The notes under the pieces are model-generated. The model did not search any database and was not told the origin of the DNA. It saw only the letters and a program-made list of their open reading frames with translations. A stretch of 64,000 bases of DNA from Peribolospora baueri (Eukaryota), in the NCBI GenBank assembly GCA_029717555.1, contig JAMDHS010000035.1, positions 124,001 to 188,000 of the forward strand. The letters run 5' to 3'. The translations under genes and the position numbers were made by a program. Shown here piece after piece: positions 1-12,023 of this stretch. Position 1 is the stretch's first letter; each line of letters begins with the position of its first letter.

Positions 1-1431
1 GGCGTCGGCGGCAGCCTAGGTTTCGACCCTCACGACGCCTCCCTTCTCCCGCGCCGCATTTACGCCGTCGGAAAGGCAGCGAGCAATCCGATGATCGCAG
101 AGATCGTCAGCACAGTCCTCGGCGCGCCGCTCGTGGTAGATCAGAACACGCTCTACTACTCGTCGTCACCCGCAGCCTCGTCTGCCTCTTCCGGCCTCTC
201 CGGAGGCGCCGCCGCCGCTCCAGGAGTGTCCGGTCTCGTGGCCTCGGCCACGTCCACGTTCAGCGACGGGTCTGCGTCCGCGTCCGCGTCGTCGCCCGGA
301 GCGCCCGCGAACAGCAGTCCGACGCAGGAGAGGAGGAACCTGCTCGGCGTCGGCGGAGCCCGGCCCGCTAATTCCTCCGGCCTTGGCCTTGGCCTCAACC
401 TCGGCTTCGGCTTCGGTCCAGCGGCGAGTACGTCCAGCACTGCCGCCGATGCGGACCTTTCCGGAACAGGCAAGGGGCCCCTCAGAAGCGCCTATGCGCA
501 AGCGAGCCGCGCCGCGCTGGGCGTCGCGTACCGCGCCTTGTGGTGGCACACGACCCACGAGGACGGGGCGGGGGCGGGGCTGCAGAAGGCGGTTGATGGC
601 AAGGTCGCGGGCGTGGTGCTCCCGTCATTCGAGGACGTGATCCGTGCGAGGTTCGCTCGCAGGGCCGCGCTCGACCTCGACGTCGACGTCGACCCCGAGG
701 CGGACATCGCTCCCACCGGGCTCGGCATCCGCAGCCATGGCTTCGGCGGTCTAGCACACGGGCACGCGCACGGCGCACACGTCCAGTCCCATCACGGTCA
801 CGGACACACGCACGCGCACGCGGGAGGCGCCGCCACGAGCCCGAGCTTGACGGTCGTGTCGGAGAGGGATGAGGACGACGGGTCGCCGCAGCGGAGCCAT
901 CTTCTGCCTCCTCACGGGGTACAAGAGCACGCCTTGCCGTTTGCCTCGTCGCCCGGTGGTGGTAGCCCCGCCGGGCTGGGTCTGACGGGCGTCGGGGCCG
1001 TTCCCGGTGGTACCGATACCGGTGCCCGTTCCGCGCGAGGCTACGGCTACGGCTATGGCTACGGCTACTGCTGGGGCTCGCCTTCGGACCGGCTTCGGAG
1101 CCGGACAGAGTCGAGCGCGATGACGGCGCCGGGGAGCGACTTGACTGACGTGAGCGGCTTGGGCGGCGACTCGTTGTCGGCCGACACCGAACACACCGCC
1201 GAGTCCGTCCTGGGCGCCGGCGGTGGCTCGGCGGTCGTGGCGGGCACGTCGGCGTGGGCGGCCAAGCGCGCCGCGATGCTGGAGGAGGCGCGGGCGAGGG
1301 AGATTGAGGAGGAGAGGCGGCGCGGGCTCGTGCGCGTCGCCGAGCCGGACGGGGACGCGAGCAGGAACTATGGGGGGATGGTGGAGGAGTTTGTGAGGTT
1401 GGAGGGCTTGGTCTTGAGGGGGTTTGTGTGA
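1..1431 (+). CDS. 3' part of an FGGY/xylulokinase-like (actin-like ATPase) protein with long low-complexity insertions; 5' end lies outside the window
   Basis: Frame 1 is open from base 1: ...LLPRRIYAVGKAASNPMIAEIVSTVLGAPL resembles the xylulokinase C-lobe motif RI.A.GGAS.N..I..I...V.GA.V. The ending ...YGGMVEEFVRLEGLVL resembles the xylulokinase terminal helix. Stop TGA ends at 1431. Confidence 0.55.
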   Translation, partial: GVGGSLGFDPHDASLLPRRIYAVGKAASNPMIAEIVSTVLGAPLVVDQNTLYYSSSPAASSASSGLSGGAAAAPGVSGLVASATSTFSDGSASASASSPGAPANSSPTQERRNLLGVGGARPANSSGLGLGLNLGFGFGPAASTSSTAADADLSGTGKGPLRSAYAQASRAALGVAYRALWWHTTHEDGAGAGLQKAVDGKVAGVVLPSFEDVIRARFARRAALDLDVDVDPEADIAPTGLGIRSHGFGGLAHGHAHGAHVQSHHGHGHTHAHAGGAATSPSLTVVSERDEDDGSPQRSHLLPPHGVQEHALPFASSPGGGSPAGLGLTGVGAVPGGTDTGARSARGYGYGYGYGYCWGSPSDRLRSRTESSAMTAPGSDLTDVSGLGGDSLSADTEHTAESVLGAGGGSAVVAGTSAWAAKRAAMLEEARAREIEEERRRGLVRVAEPDGDASRNYGGMVEEFVRLEGLVLRGFV

Positions 1432-1771
1432 TGCCTACCGCCTGCCACGGCGGGCCAAGGTGAAGAAGAAGGGTCGCTTCGATGGCCTTTTTGCGTTTCT
1501 TTCGTCTGATCTCATTCATTTTTGGTCGTTCCTGCTTCGGCTGGCTGGAGGTTACTCGTCTCAGACGTCATGTCTCGTCTCGTCTCGTCTTGTCATGTCA
1601 TATCACGTCTCGTCTCGCTGCCGACGTCCATTCCATCACCCCTAGATACCGATACATACCAAATCATCCCAATATGACGCCACGTGTGACTCCAGGTTCT
1701 CATTTGTCCCGTTGCTGTCACGCTCATTCGTCTCCACGCTGTCGGCCGTCCGTCGCCTCACACGGCTCCTT

Positions 1772-1866
1772 CTTTCGTCCTTCGTCCTTCGTCCTTCGTC
1801 CTTCGTCCTTCGTCCTTCGTCCTTCGTCCTTCGTCCTTCCTTCCTTCCTTCCTTCCTTCCTTCGTC
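1772..1866. repeat. Compound microsatellite: (TTCGTCC)n followed by (TTCC)n
   Basis: About 9 tandem TTCGTCC units run directly into a CCTT tetranucleotide tract. Confidence 0.9.
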
Positions 1867-2249
1867 TGCGCTCGTGCGGAAGTGTCATCCCAAGGTCTGC
1901 GCGTGTGGGCACGCCGCCTTTAGGAGTGATGACGGAGGGGAGGACAGAGTATATACAAGTACCGCGCGGACGGACGAGTGTGGAGGTCGAATCCAAGTCA
2001 GGGCGGAGGTGGCTGCGGCAATGCGGCGACGACAGAACATTCGTCGCGTGTCCGTCTACTTCCGTCGACAGCCGCCGCCGCACGTCCCCGTTCATCTCCG
2101 CTGACGCCGACGCCCTTCCCTCCTCCGCCCGCCAGCCCGCTCGGTGGTCGGCTGAGGCGGCGACTGCGGCAGTTTTGAAGCGACGACGACGACGACGTGC
2201 TGAGGCCGATGAAGATGGAACGAGCCGACCGACGCTCTTCCGGGATCAA

Positions 2250-2297
2250 CACCATCACCATCACCACCATCACCGACGACGACGACGACGACGACGT
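2250..2297. repeat. Trinucleotide tracts (CAC/CAT)n then (GAC)n
   Basis: caccatcaccatcaccaccatcacc followed by gacgacgac... in the region upstream of the 2700 gene. Confidence 0.75.
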
Positions 2298-2699
2298 TGA
2301 CGTCTCGTCCCCCTCGCGCCCTTCCTCCTCCTCCCCACCTCCCCACCTCCGTCTCCATCTCCGCGCTCCGCCCTCGTCATCCCCGCCTTCCTCGTTCCTG
2401 AGCTGGCTCGTTCCCTCGCTCATCCACCCAGGACCAGCCCCATTTGACCTCGCACCGTCCCAGCATCTCCGACCCCTCCGCACGCTCCTTCCTCTTCCTG
2501 ACCGCGAAGAAGGAGAAGACAAGAGAAGAAGAGAGAAGCGTAGCGCTCTTCCCTTCTTTCCTCTCTGTAATTTCCTTCTTCCCCTTCTTCACCCTCCCTC
2601 CCTCCCTCTCTCTCGTCCCAGACCTTCCTTCTCCGCCCGGCCGGCCGGCCGTCGCTCCTCGTCTTCGTCCTCCTCCTTTTATCCTTTCATTTTCCTGTC

Positions 2700-5600
2700 A
2701 TGCCGTCTCTCTTCTCCCGCAAGCCTTCGGCTGCGCCCCTTGCCAGCAAGGACAAGCCCCTGCCCGTGCCCGTCGCCTCCTCCCCCCGCGCAGGCTCTCC
2801 TGCGCTCGCCAGCCCCCCAAGCAGGGTCCGCAATCACTCGGCCGGCACTAGGGCGTCGGCAAAGGCCGTCAAACCCGACCTCGGTCGCCAGCGAAGCCTC
2901 GAGGATGACCTTGGACGCCTCGCGCCTCATTCGTCCGCCTCGAGGCATCAGAAAGGCGTCCGCTCGCCGCCGCCTGCTTCGGCGTGGAAGCCCGCGCCGC
3001 TCGGAGGACACCTCGGCGGCTCCGGGATGATCTCCGGCCTCGGCGAAGAGGAGATCGGCCAGATCGACTACGGTTACGCACCCGAGGGCCTCGACGTCAC
3101 CCTCGAGCCCAGGAAGGTGGAGGAGATCGTCCATGCTTGCGCACATGAAATCAGGGCCAGAGGTGAGCGGCAGTCGGACCGTCCGGAGTTAGGGCCCCAC
3201 CGACGTTCGTCTCTCCCGCGACAACGTACTCATTCGGATCTTCTTTTTTTCCTTCTCGCTCCCCTCCTCGTCCGCAGGCTTGGACTCGCCCTTGATTTTC
3301 TCTTCCATGGCCCTTGACCTTTCGGCCACGACCACCGTGTCCCTAATCCGATCCTACCTCTATGATTCCTCCAACTCCATCCCCCTCGGCTCCCAGACAT
3401 CCCTCGGCCGACCGTCACCGGCGGGGAAATACCTTTCCCTGCCCAACTCGTTCGCCCGCGAGATCCGTTTCGCCAACCCGCACGACCTCGCCGCCGTCAT
3501 CAAGTGGGCACTCGGCAGAATGTGCAGAGTCCTCCCCGTCCCTGTCGGCGCTGACCACGATGGAGGCGGCGGTAAGTCCGGCAAGGACATCCACGTTGAC
3601 ACCGTCTTCGTCCAGCAGCGGGGGTGTTTGGACGCCGAGGTGTACATGGCTTGGAGGGAGGAGGAGAGGAGTGAGTGGCTTGTTCCCTCGTTTTGACGAT
3701 CTTCCGTCCAGCCTTGTTTGTCTGACTTGTTCCTGACCTCGCGTCGTCCCCGCCCTTTCGTTTCTCCTATTTCCCGGTCACCAGTGAAAGGGTATCGCTC
3801 CACTTCTTACACCGACTTTGCCGAGCGTCTTCCGCTCCCCGTCTCCTCGCTTCTCTCCACCCTCTTCTCCCTCCTTTCCTCCACCACCTCGTACTCGCTC
3901 AAGAACGGCATGACGCCCTCCAAGCTGGCGCGCCACCTCGGCTCCCTCCTTTTCGGTCTCCCCGAAGATGAGACGTTTGTGCGCACATACGACGCCTATT
4001 TGCGTGCCTCAAACGCCACCGAGCACCTCCTCCTCGCCTACATCCGCGATCAGAGCTACCGGTCCTCCCTCCCCATCCGTCTGCTTGACCACATCAAGGG
4101 TTACCCCGCCATGCTCGCTTCCGAGCTCGCACAGCCTTCCAAGCACACTCGGACCGTGCCCGTGACGCAGATCGAGCGTACCGTGCGCCTCTACAGCGCC
4201 GACCTCGTTCAGACCGCCTGCCAGTGGGACGTGCCCGGCTGCGAAGAGTGGGAGGCGTGCAGAGGCGACGAGGAGCGCTACGGCAAGGACCCGCAGCTGT
4301 CGGATCGGTTCAGAAGGCTGATCAATTACCGCGGCGGCATCCTCGGTCGCAAGGAGCCCTCCGCCGCCGCCAAGGTCCAGCGTTCCAGGTCGTCCACCGC
4401 CACGGACGAGCTCGACTCCGATCCGACGGCCGCCTACCGCTCGCTCGTCGATAAGCAATGGAACGAGTTCGCGCTCGGCGGCTTCTCCTCGCCAGATGTG
4501 TCCAAGCTCGCGTTCGACCTGAACGAGAACAAGCGCAAGGAGCGGCAGACGAAGCGGAGGACGATGGAGTGGGGCGATTTTACCGTCACTGGCTTCGGCG
4601 GCGGCGACGGCGACGAGACCCTCAATGCCGAGCTCAACTTCGATCCCACGCTTCGTGACGAGATGGACAACTGGCCGACGGAGAGGGAGGAGCTGATGCG
4701 CCAGCTGAGGAAGACGGAGAAGAAGTTGCCCCCTTTCCCTTACGATACCACCCCGCGCGTCGTCGCCAGCCCGACGCGTGCGAGTCAGACCGGTGCCCGG
4801 CCGCTAGAGCATCCCATCAGCGCCATGGACGAGGTGTTCGCCGAGGCGTGGGCCGATTATTTCCTCGGCGGAGGCTGGGGCAACGTTAACGAGCTCACCC
4901 ACCGCTCCGCATCGTTCGCCGTGCTCCAGTTCAAATCTCGGCGCTCGCCCGGCATCAACCTTAGTCGGAACTCCGCCAACGGCCGCTCGAGCGCAAACTT
5001 GGTGACGAGGCGGGACGAGTTTGGCCAGACGATCCAGCCCGAGACGCGCGTTGAGTCGGCCTGGTTTGTCGTCCAAGAGACCGTGCCTAGCGAGTACCGG
5101 GCGAACTTGGAGCAGCAGATCCGGAACAGGGGTAAGGCGTTCAAGAAGCTCAACGTGTTCAAGACGATGAAGAAGCCCAGCGGCAAGCCCTTCGACGGTC
5201 CGGCCGGCGGCCTGACCGGGGCCGGATCGAGCAACTGGACGCTCAAGAGCCGTCACACCGAACAGGAGCTCGATCAGGTCTTCCGTCCCGGACCCGGGGG
5301 CACGACCAAGCGCATCCATCTCAGCGAGAAGCTCACCGAACCCCCGCCGTCGCCCGGCCTTCCGCCCCTGCCGACCTCCCCAACCGCTCTCACGAGCGCT
5401 ACCGCCTCGCCGCCTCTGTCCGACAACGCGACGGCTTCACGCGACCCTCGAGGAAAGGGCATTGGCGGCACCTTAGCCTCTCGATACACGCTCACCGATA
5501 GCCTCGCCCCAATGCCGATCGCTGCGGAGGACGAGAAGCCAGAGGCGTCGGATGTGCCGCTCGGCTCGGGGCCTTCCAACCTCAAGAGCGAAAACTCCAT

Positions 5601-7086
5601 CCTGGCCGCCATTCGCAACCGCCGGCTGAAAGCGCGCGCCGGCGTCAAAGGGGACGGCCTTGATCGCAGCAGCGCTATGGCCGGAGGCATTCAGTCCGGC
5701 TTCCACCCGCTCGATTTTGAGACTCGCAGCCTCCACGATGACGAACTCGGCGTGCTACATGGGGACGACAAGCCTCTGACGATCGCACAAAAGGCGCAGC
5801 GCCGGCTGAGCCGACACGGGAGGCAAGAAAGCAAGGACGACGCGTGGATCGACATCATGCTACGCACCGAGCCCAGTCGCGCGTCCGGGCAGGACGCCGA
5901 GCCGTCCGCGCCCCCTGCGAGCCGGCGTGACAAACCGTCGCTCCCACCGGCGGCTGCGGTGGGGGAGGGTAATGGACAGGCGAAGGCGGCCGCCACCAAG
6001 GCGGTTAACGTCGAGGAGCTGGCCGACGCGATGACGACGACGACGACGAGGAGCAACGGCGTTCGGGACCACGCGCCCGCGGAACACGACGGCGACGAGT
6101 CCGACTTCGAGCCTATCCACGGCCTCGAGTCGGCATCCGAAGCTGGACCGGCGAGCCCCACCTCGCCCCCGTCGGTCGCCGCCGCACCTCTGGCGCCCGA
6201 ACCTATTGCACTGGCTCCGAAAGGAACCGACGAGCGGCCCCCGGCCACGGCGGAGGCGGAGATAGCGGCGCGGACGCCGTCGCCCCACATGCCCGCCGTC
6301 GTGCAGCCTCCGAGGGAACCTTCGCCGCCGGCGCCGGCACCGAAGACCGGCCCCGTCGACGAAGCTCAGTCGCCTCCCCGCTCTCTTTCTCCCCGCGAAG
6401 AGTGGGCCGAACGGGCAAGGCTCCGAAACCGCGATCCGCCGTCGCCAACGGACGACCCGCAAGCCAAAGGTGGCCCGTCGGCCAATTTGACCCCCCAGCG
6501 CTCCAGCGTCCTTGCGGGGACGCGCATCCCCGTGCGCACGGGCGAGCGGGACCCCGAGCACGCGGCGAGGATCGCGAACATCATCAACATGTATGGAGGG
6601 AAGGGGAAGCGGCCGCAGGAGCCTGTACAGGAACAGAAGCAACAGGTACCTCCTCCGGCGGCGGCGGGGGGCAAGGTGGAGAAGGAGCTCCCCAAGCCGA
6701 GCCCCGCTCAGGAGTTTGTGCGCCAGATCGAGACCGATGGCGCCGGCACCGATTCCGGCGCCACGTCGCCCGTTCCCGCCGCTCCCGCCGCGGTGCCGCG
6801 GCCCGACACTCTCACCGCTCCGTCGACTGGAACAGCGTCGATGGCAGGCAGGGACTCGGAAGAGAGTGAAGGCCCTTCGCGCGCCTCAATCGTGTCCACC
6901 TCCACCATGAGCGAGGAGGAACTGCGCGAAGAGGAACAGCAGCGGGAGTGGAGGAGGCTCGAGCGGGTCGAGGCCGAGGGCGAAGACACGGCGATGGAGA
7001 TGCACGGGCGGTTCGTACCGCCGTACCAGCCTGGCATGCCGCTCGCCAACGTGGACGAGGAGAGCGAGAGCGTCGTCTCAGCGTAG
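2700..7086 (+). CDS. Msb1/Mug8 (DUF1708)-like protein with a RhoGAP-like N-terminal domain and a long Pro/Ser-rich tail; 3 exons (2700-3162, 3278-3670, 3785-7086)
   Basis: GT-AG introns 3163-3277 and 3671-3784 join in frame. Product includes VEEIVHACAHEIRARGLDSPLIFS...PHDLAAVIKWALGR...SYSLKNGMTPSKLARHLGSLLF...ASNATEHLLLAYIR. Confidence 0.65.
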
Positions 7087-7835
7087 CGCGCCTCACCGTT
7101 CTCAGCCTCTGTCGTTGTCAGTTTGAATGCTTCCCGCCTGTCTCGCTTCCCAAACTAGCCGGCGCCCCCACACGCGGCGTCGCACTGATACGATCCGTCG
7201 CCAGCTTTATATTCCCCTTCAGAGCCTCCTTTCCCTCTTCGCTTACTTTACCTCATCGACATGGCTCGATACCCGCCTCCCTTTGCCCGGTCTCGTCCAG
7301 TTCGGTTCGCTCTGACCGCCCCTTTTCCGTTCCGTGTTTCGCATACCCGCATTCGTGTTCCAAGCCTTTTTTTTCCGCTTCTACCACCTATTCCGCCGGA
7401 CGGACGGCCGTTCTTCGTTTCTTTATTCCACCCGAACGACCACGCTCCTTGCACTACTTACATCGTTCTTGTCGTTCTTTCTTTCTCCGTCTCTCTCTTC
7501 CGAAAATGCCCTTCCTTTCGTTTTTCTTGCCGTCGCCACTCGTTCGCCCTTCGGGCCTCATTCGCTTTCGATCTATCGGATATCCCAGCTTCGCTTTCGT
7601 CCTTCCCTCCCACTCGGTACCCTCTTGCTTTGTGTCTTCTGCCCCCCTCTTCTTCCTTCCCCCATCTCAGATCGAGGCGCCGTTCCTTTGTAATGAGAAG
7701 AGGAGCGTCGCGATTTCGGTTTGGCGCCCTGTCCAGCTCCGGATGCGTTCGTTGTAAGGCGGAGAGCAGCAAGATCAGCACGTTGCCGCAGTCGGCGCAC
7801 GGCGCACGACCCGCTTAACTCGCCTCCCTCCCACG

Positions 7836-10178
7836 ATGTCTCTCTCACCGTCGTCCGACCAACCTGATGCGATGCAAACACGTCTCCATATTCTTGCCTC
7901 CCACGTCTTTCTCGAGGCCAAGTGGACCACCGACCAGACAATCACGATAGATGGCTCCACCGGCCTCATCATCTCCGTCTAGCCAGCGGAGGAGGCGTTC
8001 GACGTCAACTATGTCGCGAGGGCCGCTAAGACCGAGAATGGTGCTCCGGTCATCGATCTGAGAGGCAAATTCGTGTTCCCCGCATTTGTGGACGCTCACG
8101 TTCATTTGTGAGTGGGCGAAAGAGTGGAAGCGAAGGAGGAGAAGTGGGTCGCGAGAACCAATACCGACTGGGCGAACGGTTTTGCGTCGGTCATTCCATT
8201 CCGTCTCAATGCTCCTCTCGCTCATCCTGGAGTTGCGTACCTGTCTGTACTCTTTCCCGCTTCTGACTCACCCCACCTTGCCTTCTCTTCAGTGTGAGTG
8301 TAGATGCAGCGTCGCAAACAAGTGTTCTACCCCATCTTCATCGCTTTACCGACCATCCTTCTATCTCATCTCATCACATTCGGACAGTTCTTACACGCTT
8401 ACTCTGAGACCAGCTGGACAGACTAGGTTTGCAACGAGAGGTGTGTTCGCTCACCAACGGCATCGGGAGGGCCTCTGCCCCTCCAGCGTCGTGCCGACGG
8501 CCTCCTTTACTTCTTCTGGCAACCTGTCTTGCTCTCTCGCCCGTCTTTCTTCCCTCTGCCTACTGGCATCGTCACTCAGTTTCGTCGAACGCACCATCAG
8601 AGCTGCAAATCGCGCCAAGGCCACGTTATTGTCTGGCTTTACCACCGTTCGGTGAGGGCGGGCATGTTCTGCGAATGACTTAGACTCCTACATCCGTACT
8701 CTCTTTCCATTCTTATCTTTTACCGTGCCCCTTACGCCAGCGACCTCGGCACGGAAGGCGCGCTAGACTCGGACGTCCAACTTCGAACCTGCCTCTCGAA
8801 AGGCCTTCTTCCCGGCCCACGCTACTTGTGCTCAACGCACGCCATCGTCTCCACAAATTCATATGGCCCTCGAGGTGAGAAATGGGACGAGGCCGGATCC
8901 AATACCGCCCCCGTCGAAGAGGCCGGACTGCCATGGTGCGGCACGAGCGGCCCGAGTGGGGCGGAAGTTGCCGATGGGGTGGACGGTGTGGTCAAGGCCG
9001 TGAGGCGGCAGGTGAGTGAGGCCCCGATGGACCTTGTGCTTGCGTAGTCTCACTTCGCTCTCCCATGAACGTCGGAGATTCGTCGTGCGATTCTCGCGAT
9101 AGCTGGGATAGACATACGAGTGATGAACGCACCTACTCGGCATATCCTCCCTCATCCACGCGTTCGCTGACAGGTCGGTGCCGGAGCGGACTGGATAAAG
9201 TTCTACGGCGACTACACGTTCCGCGCCCGCCAATCTCCCGTCTCCCCTTCCACGGCCTCCGAGGACTACGCCCTTTTCACGTCTGCAGAAGTCCACGCGC
9301 TATTTCCAGGGCCCACTCTTCGGGCGTCAAGGTCGCCGTGCATGCCTCTCGCCCTGACGTGGTACGGTGCGGTCGAGGCGGGTTTGGACCGGTCGAGCAC
9401 GGGCTCGGCCTTGACGAGCCTACGTTGAAGCTGATGAAGGAGAAATGGGTTGCTTGGGTGCCCACGTTGGCAGCCTGCGAGGAGGCAGAAAGGCAAACGG
9501 AGAGAGCGCTGAGGGCGACCAAGGTACAGATTGACGCGCTCCTCGCGCTAAGTCATTCACAAGGCACAAGCACCACCTCGTTAGTGTCATCCGATGTCTC
9601 TAAACTGATTTCCGACCTTAGAGCGCGGCTCCCTCGCCTGCGCGAGAAAGGCACGTTCGCGTTTCCATGAACTGTTGCACGTCTACCGCACCGGGTTCAA
9701 TCCACATCATCGCAGGTGGCGACACCGGCGTTTTCCCGCACGGCCAAGGAAGCAGAGAGCTCGCTCTCCTAGCTAGATACGCCCTCTACGAAGACACGTC
9801 CTTCGGTGGCAAAAGGTCGAGAACGACGTGCCGTTCGGGTCCGTCAAGCCGGGCTGGGCGGCGGACATCATCGTTAGTACTCGCTTGTCTCCCTGTCGTT
9901 GTCGTTATAATCGTCATCGTCGTCAGCTGGCTTTCGGTGAGGCTTGCGCGCCGTGGAATCGTGGTGTGGTTGGCGTGGAGCAATTGTAGAGCTCGATGGA
10001 TAAGCGGCTCATGGATACTCTCCCTTCTCCTTCCCCCACCATTATCCGATTCCCAAGGCCACCACTATCGACCCGGACAAGAACTTTGCAAAATCCAAGC
10101 TCGATCAACTTTGTGATGAAAGGGGGCAAGGTGTACAAGATGCGTGGAGGGGTTGGGTCGGCTTTGGATGGTTGGTAG
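7836..10178 (+). pseudogene. Metal-dependent amidohydrolase (prolidase-like subtype A), disrupted
   Basis: Family motifs in order: IDLRGKFVFPAFVDAHVH, FLHAYSETSW, TLLSGFTTVRDLGTEG, GPRYLCSTHAIVSTNSYGP, GADWIKFYGDY, AHSSGVKVAVHA, VEHG, VPTL, AGGDTGVFPHG, GSVKPGWAADII, FVMKGGKVYK. Lesions: in-frame TAG at 7980-7982 and 8424-8426, frameshifts near 9300 and 9810. Confidence 0.85.
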
Positions 10179-10933
10179 TCTCGATCTGGTTCGAGGCCTG
10201 AGCGGGCGGTGATTCCATGAGGACGAGAGCGGTGTACTATCGGATGCGGGGAATGTGAACGGCTGACTCTCCTTCCGTCGTTACAGAGACCGTGTCTTGG
10301 AGTGTTCACCCAGATCGAGAACTCTGAGACCTCGCTCACGCTCACTAAGTAGGGACCTTGTCTTTGCAATTTCATCCCGAGACGGGACATCGTCTCATTC
10401 ACACTCAACAAAGGCGCCTTCGGGTTCCGCTTGGCTTAAGGAGCGCTGAAGGTAGACATGAGTCCGCTCACCTTGTACCCTTTCATCTTCGGTTTACGTC
10501 TCATTAAAAAAAACTCTCCATGGGCACTGTTATCGCAAAGAAACAGCGTCTACACGGACGCCAGTGAGGAAGAAGGGAAGAGGACCGACGGAGCGTGATA
10601 TCTCCGACGAGAATGTTGTCGCGGTCCTCTTGCCCGCTCCATCTACTAACCGTGCTGTATTTAGTCGCCTCGTCGACGACGGCGACGGCCAAAGCGTGCG
10701 GCTCGCACGACCGATTGAAGTATGTGAGGCAAAACATCTTCACATACGTCGATTTCCCAAGGATCCCAAACGACGACGAGGGGCCGGAGGGCATTGACCA
10801 TGGTGCCCTGTCGTATCACGCAGTCTAACGATTCGCCCGCTGAACCAAAACGAACGGCAGAAACTAGGAAAGGCCGAACAACACGCGAACTGCGCAAGTT
10901 TGAAGAATAATTGCATATTCCTTCCTGTTGCTA

Positions 10934-11817
10934 TCATACCACCTTCGGCGCCATGCTCAGGATCTTGCCCCAGCCCTTCTCCCTAAGCTCTTGGGCGACG
11001 ACGCCATTGACCCTCGTGCCGAGGGGCTCCTTCTTGTTGTTCAACAGCACGCAGGCATTGTCGTCGAAGCGCACATAGCGTCCATCCGCCCGTCGTGTCT
11101 CCTTCTTGGTGCGTACGATCACCGCACGTCGGATGTCCCCTCGTCGCACCTTATTTTGCAATGCGAGCGTGGCCGACGTCACCGGGCCGCTCGACGTCGC
11201 CGTTTGGGACTGGGGACGAGCCTTTTGGACGACGACGACCACTTCGTCGCCTAGGACAAGAAGATGCAAGCGACCGAACGAAAGCGAGGTCGGCGCAAGC
11301 ACACATACCTTGTCAGGCGAAGACCAGCAGATCAAAGAGTGACGATCGGAGAGGAGACCAAGAGGACGCTGGCAGGACCGCCGCGCTCACCTATCCGCGC
11401 CAAAGCCTTTCCCGTGTTCTTCGCCTTCAGGACGTTGACACACTCGGCAATCAAAGCGCCGGAATTGTCGATCACCTGAAGTGGGCGAGTGGTGCAGTTC
11501 CATTGGAACAATACAGACGACGACGGAATGCGACTGGTCAGTCCTGGCGGCAATGAAAGATCTCGGCACAGGGTCCCCGCTCCGCAGGATGGGCAGGAGA
11601 AGAGAAGGGAAGCGCTCACGACCATCGTCCCCTGCAGACGAACACGATTGACAGTGTCCGAATCAAGGCAAAGGAGAAAAGTGAAGGGCGATGGTGAGCG
11701 ATGTCGGTCCGTCCGGCGCTCCTCTCTTCATTCACCGGCGGTTTCCACTTTCCATCCATCGTCTCAAGAAACAAAAGTACAAGACGACGCCGCACCACCT
11801 ACCTTTAGTCCAATCAT
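10934..11817 (-). CDS. MRPL38: Mitochondrial ribosomal protein uL14m; 4 coding exons including 15-nt and 12-nt exons
   Basis: Spliced [26 protein letters not shown]...[16 protein letters not shown]...[48 protein letters not shown], a typical uL14 sequence. Confidence 0.93.
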
Positions 11818-12023
11818 GATGGGTGGGAGGAAGAGAAAGGGGAACGGGAAGGGGAGTTGATAGGACGAGATGATATGATATGAACGGGATGGGACGGGAC
11901 CTGCCCAAGGGTCGAGAAGAACAGACGTGCTGCGGCAACCCCGTCGATCATTCCACGCGTGCCTTCTTCCCCCCACCCGGCCCATCCAGGATCACTACGA
12001 CACCCCATCCGCTTTTCGCCACC
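11818..12023. promoter_or_regulatory. Probable bidirectional promoter between MRPL38 and RPB9
   Basis: Divergent ATGs at 11817(-) and 12024(+) are separated by only 206 bp. Confidence 0.5.

Noticed and set aside
1482..2700. Long ORFs with SSFVLRP and poly-H/R/D runs
   Set aside because: They are translations of microsatellites in GC-rich intergenic or UTR sequence.
7980..8426. TAG reassigned to Gln, or stop-codon readthrough, in the amidohydrolase
   Set aside because: TAG is a normal terminator elsewhere in the window (7086, 10934, 52007, 53969) and the same gene also has frameshifts, so pseudogenisation is simpler.
10200..10900. Short ORFs between the amidohydrolase and MRPL38
   Set aside because: No recognisable motif or consistent exon chain.
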